Shown in pieces: positions 54,972 through 64,000 of a stretch of DNA of 64,000 nt. A program made the translations under genes and the position numbers. How positions within the stretch are numbered: position 1 is the stretch's first letter; the number at the start of each line of letters is the position of its first letter. This stretch comes from the human T2T-CHM13v2.0 reference genome, Homo sapiens. Under the pieces are notes generated by a model. It saw nothing but the letters and a program-made list of their open reading frames with translations. It searched no databases and had not been told where the DNA came from. The stretch is taken from assembly GCF_009914755.1 (NCBI RefSeq), contig NC_060944.1. One strand, 5' to 3'.

Positions 54972-55682
54972 CCTACACAGAAGAAATAAAAAGAAACATG
55001 ACCAATGAAAACTCATTTGTGTAAAAAAAAAAATTCATATATATTTCTCTCACCACTCAGAATTTTAAAAGATTCCTCTTCCCTTAACTCAATATAATAA
55101 AGCTAACTCTTTATTATTAAGACTATAAGAATTTTAGAAACAGGCTGGGTGTGGTGGCTCACACCTGTAATCCCAACACTTTGGGAGGACTAGGCAGGAA
55201 GATCACTTGAGGCCAGGAGTTTGAGACCAGCCTGGGCAACAAAATGAGACCCTGTTTGCATTTTTTAAAAAGAAAGAATTCTAGAAACAACCATCCTCAA
55301 TTATTTTCATCCATTCTAAAAACTAGAACTGTTTACTCATCAGTATTAGTAATCTACTCATCAGTAAAGAATAAATTATTAACTACTTAGTAATTTACTA
55401 ACTAATCTCAGTAGATTATAAATCAATAGCTATTATTAAGTTATTGATAATAATTGAAGCCAATAAAAACAAAGCCCAACTATGGGTCAAGCACTTACTA
55501 CATGCCAGGCATTGTTCTAGGCCTTGGCAGTGAGCAAAACAGACAAAAATTCCTGCCTTTGTGGACCTGACATTCTGGTGGTTATTATTACCACCGTGGT
55601 CTAATGACAAGATACACAGCACATCAGTCCAGCGCACTCTCACATGACGCTGAGAACTGCAGATGGTATCTACCTGAATTCA

Positions 55683-56017
<335 letters not shown>

Positions 56018-56610
56018 TTAAGAGAAAAAAAGAAGGGGCCTGTGCTGAGACAGTTCCCATGAGTTCACCAACAACAGGCAATCCTGCCCACCATGCCACT
56101 TAATGGGGACTGTGCCCCAGAGGGCAGGAGACAGGGGAGAGGGAGTCCCCTTGGTCCCCCTCCCCATCCATCTTGATTCCTGGAAAAATCAAAGTGTGGG
56201 CATCTCACCTTGCCAGTCTCATGTTTAAGTCTCTGTCACTTCTGCTCCACATGCAAAGCTCTAAATGCAAACCAAACCCCTGGTCAGCTGTTCACTGAAG
56301 GATCAGTCATGTGTTCCAGTGCCTTAATGAGTGACTTGAATTCTCGAAGGTAATTCTGATTATGTCATTTGCACTTTATGAACTGACTTTAGAATCTAAG
56401 CCCACTTGGAGTAAGATTCAGTCCATTCTACATTTCTCTGTTAGACCCAAATTAAAGAACGTGGTCTTGGAGATTCTGTTTTTAAAAAAAAGGGTCTTCA
56501 CTCCCTAAAGACTGCAAGGTTAAGACGCTCACGCTTCCCCTCGGGAGACCAAGATTCTGGCATCCTGCCAGGTGTCTGCCATCTCCACGGTAGCTCTCCC
56601 ATCCACTCAC

Positions 56611-56801
56611 TTTGCTAGTGTACTTGGCAATATCAGCGGCGACATCAGCTGAGGCAGTGGCGATGGGCAGGTCAGCGTTGACTGAGGACACAAGGGTGCT
56701 CATGGACCCCGAGCTGGTGACCAGGGGCGATGACTGTGTGCTGGTCACCAGGGTGATGGTGGACGTGGATGGGCTCTGTGTGATCTCCTTCTGCTGGACA
56801 G
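56611..56801 (-). CDS. ZMYND8: ZMYND8 Ser/Thr-rich exon: (A)VQQKEITQSPSTSTITLV...ADIAKYTSK
   Basis: ccttccTAG acceptor, GTGAGT donor, 191 nt, phase 1-0. Confidence 0.93.
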
Positions 56802-56916
56802 CTAGGAAGGCAAAGCATCCTGATTACCCCACGTGGGAAGGACCCATCCCAGCACAAAGCTGTGGTGTAGAAGCAAAGCCCCTAATAGACATCCTGAGAG
56901 CTTTTCTACTTTTAAA

Positions 56917-57394
56917 TGACAAAGATGCTCCCCTTGACCAAACTCTATCCAGGTTTCTCAACTAGGCCCTAACCTTGGCCTGGAAAGACTTGAGCAAACA
57001 TTGACAGTTTCTAAGAGCTCAAGAGTGCATGCTAGGATGACCCCAACCCCCTCTTAAAGCGACTGCCTGGGAAAACTCAATGCTGGCAAAAGAACTGACA
57101 GTTTTGTTCCAGCCAACACCTGAAGACAGGACCTCAGCATCCCAGTGTCTATGGGAGAGTAGGGGCCCAACTTCATGAAGTGCCCGTTAGCAAATCAAGA
57201 TGTTTAACTTCCCTGACTCTACTGAGGCCCAACTCGCTCCCATCCCTACTCCCTCATTCTCCCTTTAAAATGTCCAGTCACCCCTGTACAAATCAAAGTT
57301 AATTTCAGCTTATGCTAGACTCTTGCCCCTATTACAGTAGCATATTACCAATTTAAATTGGTCTTTACCCCTTTAACTAGGCTTTACTTTGGCG
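56917..57394 (+). mobile_element. ERV1 solo LTR, MER67/MER31-like, antisense within a ZMYND8 intron
   Basis: TGACAAAGA...CCTTGACCAAACT start and tttgttccagccaacacctg internal motif. Confidence 0.6.
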
Positions 57395-59042
57395 TAAGAC
57401 AATCTGAAGCAATGAGCCACTTTTTGGCAGCGCTCTTTTTTTTTTTTTTGACAGTCTCACTCTGTCGCCCAGGCTGGAGTGCAGTGGTGCAATCTTAGCT
57501 CACTGCAACCTCTACCTCTGAGGTTCAAGGGATTCTCATGCCTCCCTCCTGAGTAGCCAGGGTTACGGGCATGTGCCATCATGCCCGGCTAGTTTTTTGC
57601 TTTTTTTTTTTTTTTCCATTTTAGTAGAGATGGGGTTTCACCATGTTGACTGGGCTGGTCTTGAACTCCTGGCCTCAAGTGATCTGCCTGCCTTGGCCTC
57701 CCAAAGTGCTGGGATTACAGGTGTGAGCCACCACGCCCGACCCTCTTCTTGGTAGCAATTAAACTCCCCTGGGGAAGTCTCCTGCTTATGAGATATGAAG
57801 ACAGAAGACAGGAAGCCGCAATCCCAATCTCAAATATCCTAGACTCGGCTTTGCCCCACCAACTTTTTAAATAGCAAGATTAATCCAACTGTACTCTCAA
57901 TTTTGCCTGGCCAATTCTTCAGGACCCACTCCCTCGCCATCTGTGAAGGGTTTCACTGGGGGCCAATTCAAGACCTGGCCACCTTTCAACCTCACATTCT
58001 GCTGCTCATGAGCCCCCCTCACAGGGGCGCATTCACTATGAGTTTCAGTTGAAGAACCCAGCCTTTGAGGATCTAGATGCAGGTTTCCTGGTAGAAAGAT
58101 CTACATCAATGCTCACAAAAGCCAGGCAAACTGGTACCAACCAGTCAGATCAGCACTGTGTTTGGCCTAATTTCAGCTCCAGATGGAGCCTCCTGCAGGA
58201 CTGGTGGGAGTTCTGATTCTGCAACTTCAGCAAGTGGTTCTTGAGGCTGGCTCATCTTGTGTGTGTGACGAATCTCCAGTTACTAAGGTAACCTTCGCTA
58301 TCAACTTCTCGCACTGTACTTTTTCCAAAATAACTCCAAGAGGTTCCCTCATGTGCACAAGGAAATTTATACAAAGATATTCATTGCAGCACTGCTCACA
58401 GTAGAAAAAAAACTGAAAGCAACCTAAATGCCCATTAGTAGAGGAATGCTTTAAATAAACTATGAAATACTATGCAGCAGTCCAAAAGAACAAGGCAGGG
58501 CTGTATGTGCTGATGTGGATGGACCTCCAAAACATGCTGATGGGTGGGGGAAAAAAGCAAGTATGGTACCATTTTTATGTTTTAAAAAAGAAAAAAAGGG
58601 GGGAAAAAGGACTAATTTTATGGCATCATATACATGATGCGCACATATATACATACAGATATGTATATATACATATACATGCATACATGCATAGAAAAGC
58701 TTTTACAACGGTTGATACTGGCCACTGTGGAAGGGAAGAGAATGAAATGGAAGGTAAACGGGATAACAGACTTTTATGTAAAACTTTCTGCCCCCTTTTT
58801 AAGGAGAATATATGCATGTATCATTTATAAAATGAACAAAAAAAACTTTTTGAAAGTAAAAAAGCAAGTAGCAAAACAATTTTTAAAAATAATGCCAAAT
58901 GGAATGTGCAAGGCCTTCAAGATACAATGGCCCGGAAACAAACGAGAACTAAAAAAAAAAAATAAAAGAGCAATGACTTTCTCCTGTCGATGTGGCAAAA
59001 TGGGAGCGGGCGCCACGGAGAACAGAAGGGGAGGCTCGGTAC

Positions 59043-59423
59043 CTTTCACAGCCTGTCTGGTCTGATATCTCGTCCCCTGGGAAGACTGAGGCTGCTGCTG
59101 CTGGTTTTGCTGCTGCTGCTGCTGCTGCTGACGCTGCATCTTCTGCATGTGCCACTTTTGGGAGGACGTTTGAAACTTACTTGATGAGTTCCACACGACC
59201 CGCTGCACGGCCGGGGCAGTCTCCTTCGGTAAAAGCGGCCTCTGCTTTTTCACTGGGCTTCCTGTGGCGGCGGGGGCCGGGGCCGTGACGGTGACCGTGG
59301 AGGACGTGCTGGTGGTGGCTGTGGCGCCAGCCGCGGAAGTTTGGGCGGAAGAGCGGGTGAGCACCGGTGTTTCCGGGGGAGAATGGCTGCCCACCGTCGT
59401 GGATGGTGGAGTTTTACCTACAA
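59043..59423 (-). CDS. ZMYND8: ZMYND8 low-complexity/polyQ exon: (V)VGKTPPSTTVGSHSPPETPV...QRQ8NQ4PQSSQGTRYQTRQAVK
   Basis: TAG acceptor, GTACCG donor, 381 nt, phase 1-1; the upstream exon lies outside the window. Confidence 0.92.
59092..59130 (-). repeat. ZMYND8: Coding CAG repeat (CAG)7 CAA AAC (CAG)4
   Basis: Read directly from the sequence. Confidence 0.95.
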
Positions 59424-60239
59424 CTAGCCAATGCATGAAGAAAAAACAAACAAAAACCGGATTTCACTCAGGTTCACCTGCACGGTCTTGACGCCACCAA
59501 GTTCTGGGTAAAACCTATGAAAGCCAGGAATGCCGAACCAATTCGACGTGCCAAGCACACCGCGCTGGAGGAGTACATTCTCACCTAACGCTGAGGCCAC
59601 TTCTGCGGCGTCTTCCATCTCCGCGAGCAGCGGCCTCCTTTACTGAGCGCCGGCCCACATCTGAGATACAAGTCAAGACCTCTAGGGGAGAATGAGGCAA
59701 ACAAGACCCGGCTCCTGCGCTCAAGCTCCCCTACACCTAGTGGACAATGCGGTGGGCGAACAGATTCAATGTTCACGCCCTTTTCGCAAAGTTAAAATCT
59801 AGTCGGCACCTTGAGAAGGGCCCAGCGGAAGTCAATCCAGACAGGAAGAGCAATTCTTTGGCTAGGGAACGTAGAAAGCAATACCTCCAAAGAGCCAGAT
59901 GGCCTCCCAATGGCCAAAGCAGTAACACTCAGTCACCCAGAAAGAAAAGTATTCTTTTCATCTCTTCTGATTCCCTCCAGGACAAAGTTTGAAGGCGGTA
60001 CTGATAGCCAGGACAATACCAGGAAAACAAATTCTGCCCCAAGGCCAGAACCTTCCCCCAACGCAATGGTACTGATCTAGGATTGAGTAGCATTGCTTTG
60101 GTTTTGATTGGATTTATTCCTATCACCAGCTTTTATGTATACTGTGTGCTACTGTTCTTATTGGGTGGTGTTCAAGTCTAAAATGAGTTTATACTTGCAG
60201 ATGCTTTTTTCAGGGGAAATTTTTTTACTAAAAAAATGA

Positions 60240-62401
<2,162 letters not shown>

Positions 62402-64000
62402 TATGTCTGTCTTTTTAAGATCAGTATTACCCAGAAAAAGACATGAGCCTGATTACTCCAGCAAGGATTTTCATTCAGTAAGCTGTGGGTTTTAAGAAGC
62501 CAAGGAGGGAAAGAGACAAGCTGACTATCCCGACTTCAGAGGGCGTTCTCGATGGTTATCGAGATGTTGCTGGCCCTTGTACTTCCCCAGAGAGGAGAAT
62601 CCAGCCAAGCTGGTCAGCAAGAGCCTGGGGTGGGTCTGGAAGGAGAGCTTCCTGCAGTGAAGAACTCCGATGCTTCCAGGGCCACCTGCCAGATATGGGG
62701 CACAGTCCCCGCCTCTTCCAGGTGGAGATGAGGTGTTGAACTGGGCCCTTCTAAGAGGAGGGCAGGGGGCAGTGCCTTAGCAGAGCTTCTAACCCACGTA
62801 AGTGCCTTCAATGCCTTCCTTTCCTGCCACATTACCAAAAAATATACTGTTATTGTTGATGAGCTAGCCTGTCTCCCCACCGTAAGGGCAACCGCAAAAT
62901 GGTCGTTTTCTCTCTCCTGATTTGCAAAAGCAAACAGCCAGCAGGGCGGAGGGGTTACTGCTCTGCAGTGATCACAGCTGGCTCTCTGCCAAATAAAGAA
63001 CTAGAGTATACAATCCGATAAGATTCCAGGCTCAAAATTGTTTGAAGTTATTTAGATATCAAAATATTTAAATTTCCAGGAATCCTGATGGTTTATGGAG
63101 ACAAAATGAGGCTACAGGAAATTTCATTTGTCCCAGAAATCTGGAGTACATAATCAATCACCTGTAGCGGGAAAAAAAGGGTGAATTTTTTTTTAAAGGG
63201 TCAGCACCTGAGAAGCTGCCCTATCAAATTAACCTACTTAATTCCTGAATTTGTCACTGGTCACTGTTTTTCATTTATAAAGCAAGGACTTTTTAAGAGA
63301 AAAATTAGCATCCCCTTTGTAGAAGGATGGAAATTACTGATGTGCCAGTGAAAGCACAGCGAAGAGTCTAAGTGTGCTCTCTTTGCTTCTGTTCTGAGGT
63401 TATTAGCTATAAAAGCTGTTTTGCCATCTGAAGATTCATATTCTACCCATAAGCTGCATCCCTAGTGGAAGGTAAGCTGGAGGTCACAACAGCGCAATCC
63501 AAAATGCCCTTCACTTACTAAACTCTTAAGTGAAAACACATCATTGAAAAGATGCTCTCTAGCGGAGTCTGACACGAGAATTTTTCAAGACCCAAACCAC
63601 CATCAGCTCTGAATTTAAGATCAATTGGTTTTGCCCCAAGCCTTAGGAAGCTGCTCTAACTGAACTGTGTTTTAGAATCATCTTCAGCTTAATTGTCCAC
63701 CATCTACTAAAGCTTCCTGGAGAAATTCCCTTCAGACATCAATGTGAGGAAAAGTTCTACTTCTTTTAATCAACTAGAATGGTTTTTTGTTTTTTTGGAA
63801 AGTATGAGATCTTCTAAGGTACTGTGTTTCCCATTCTGCTTTCAGAGCCAACTTCCCTAACTCTGAAGATTGAAATAGTACAGATTTCTGTATAAAACCT
63901 TTCCCCAGACCACTTGCTATTCTACCTTCATTTTCCTTTTACATGGATGTCTTTATTTTCATCTTGTTTCATATGGTTATGTATCCTTGTCAATCTGTTG

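Overview
Alu-dense primate (by recognition, human chr20q13.12) genomic DNA holding the 3' ends of two convergent genes. On the + strand lie the last 8 nt of one EYA2 exon, two internal exons and the terminal exon (stop 8227-8229, poly(A) signal ~8912-8921). On the - strand lie nine 3' coding exons of ZMYND8 (59423 down to the stop at 30861): a Q-rich exon, the coiled coil, the MYND zinc finger, an 84-nt cassette and the terminal exon, with a ~1.5 kb 3'UTR ending near 29310. All exon boundaries were checked by hand for splice dinucleotides and frame. The ~20 kb intergenic gap and the introns are filled with dozens of Alus, MIR/L2/L1 fragments, hAT MER elements and LTRs (LTR6-type, THE1D-type, MLT1, MER67/31-type). 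Nearly all track ORFs outside these exons are repeat-derived. I see no evidence of a new gene system. The most interesting signals are a GC-AG intron, alternative splice sites toggling the ZMYND8 polyQ and C-terminus, a GATA-rich solo LTR nested in an Alu, two CTCF cores, a templated-insertion scar, a second local duplication and an apparent Alu-Alu inversion. Repeat family names come from recalled consensus sequences, and repeat boundaries are approximate.
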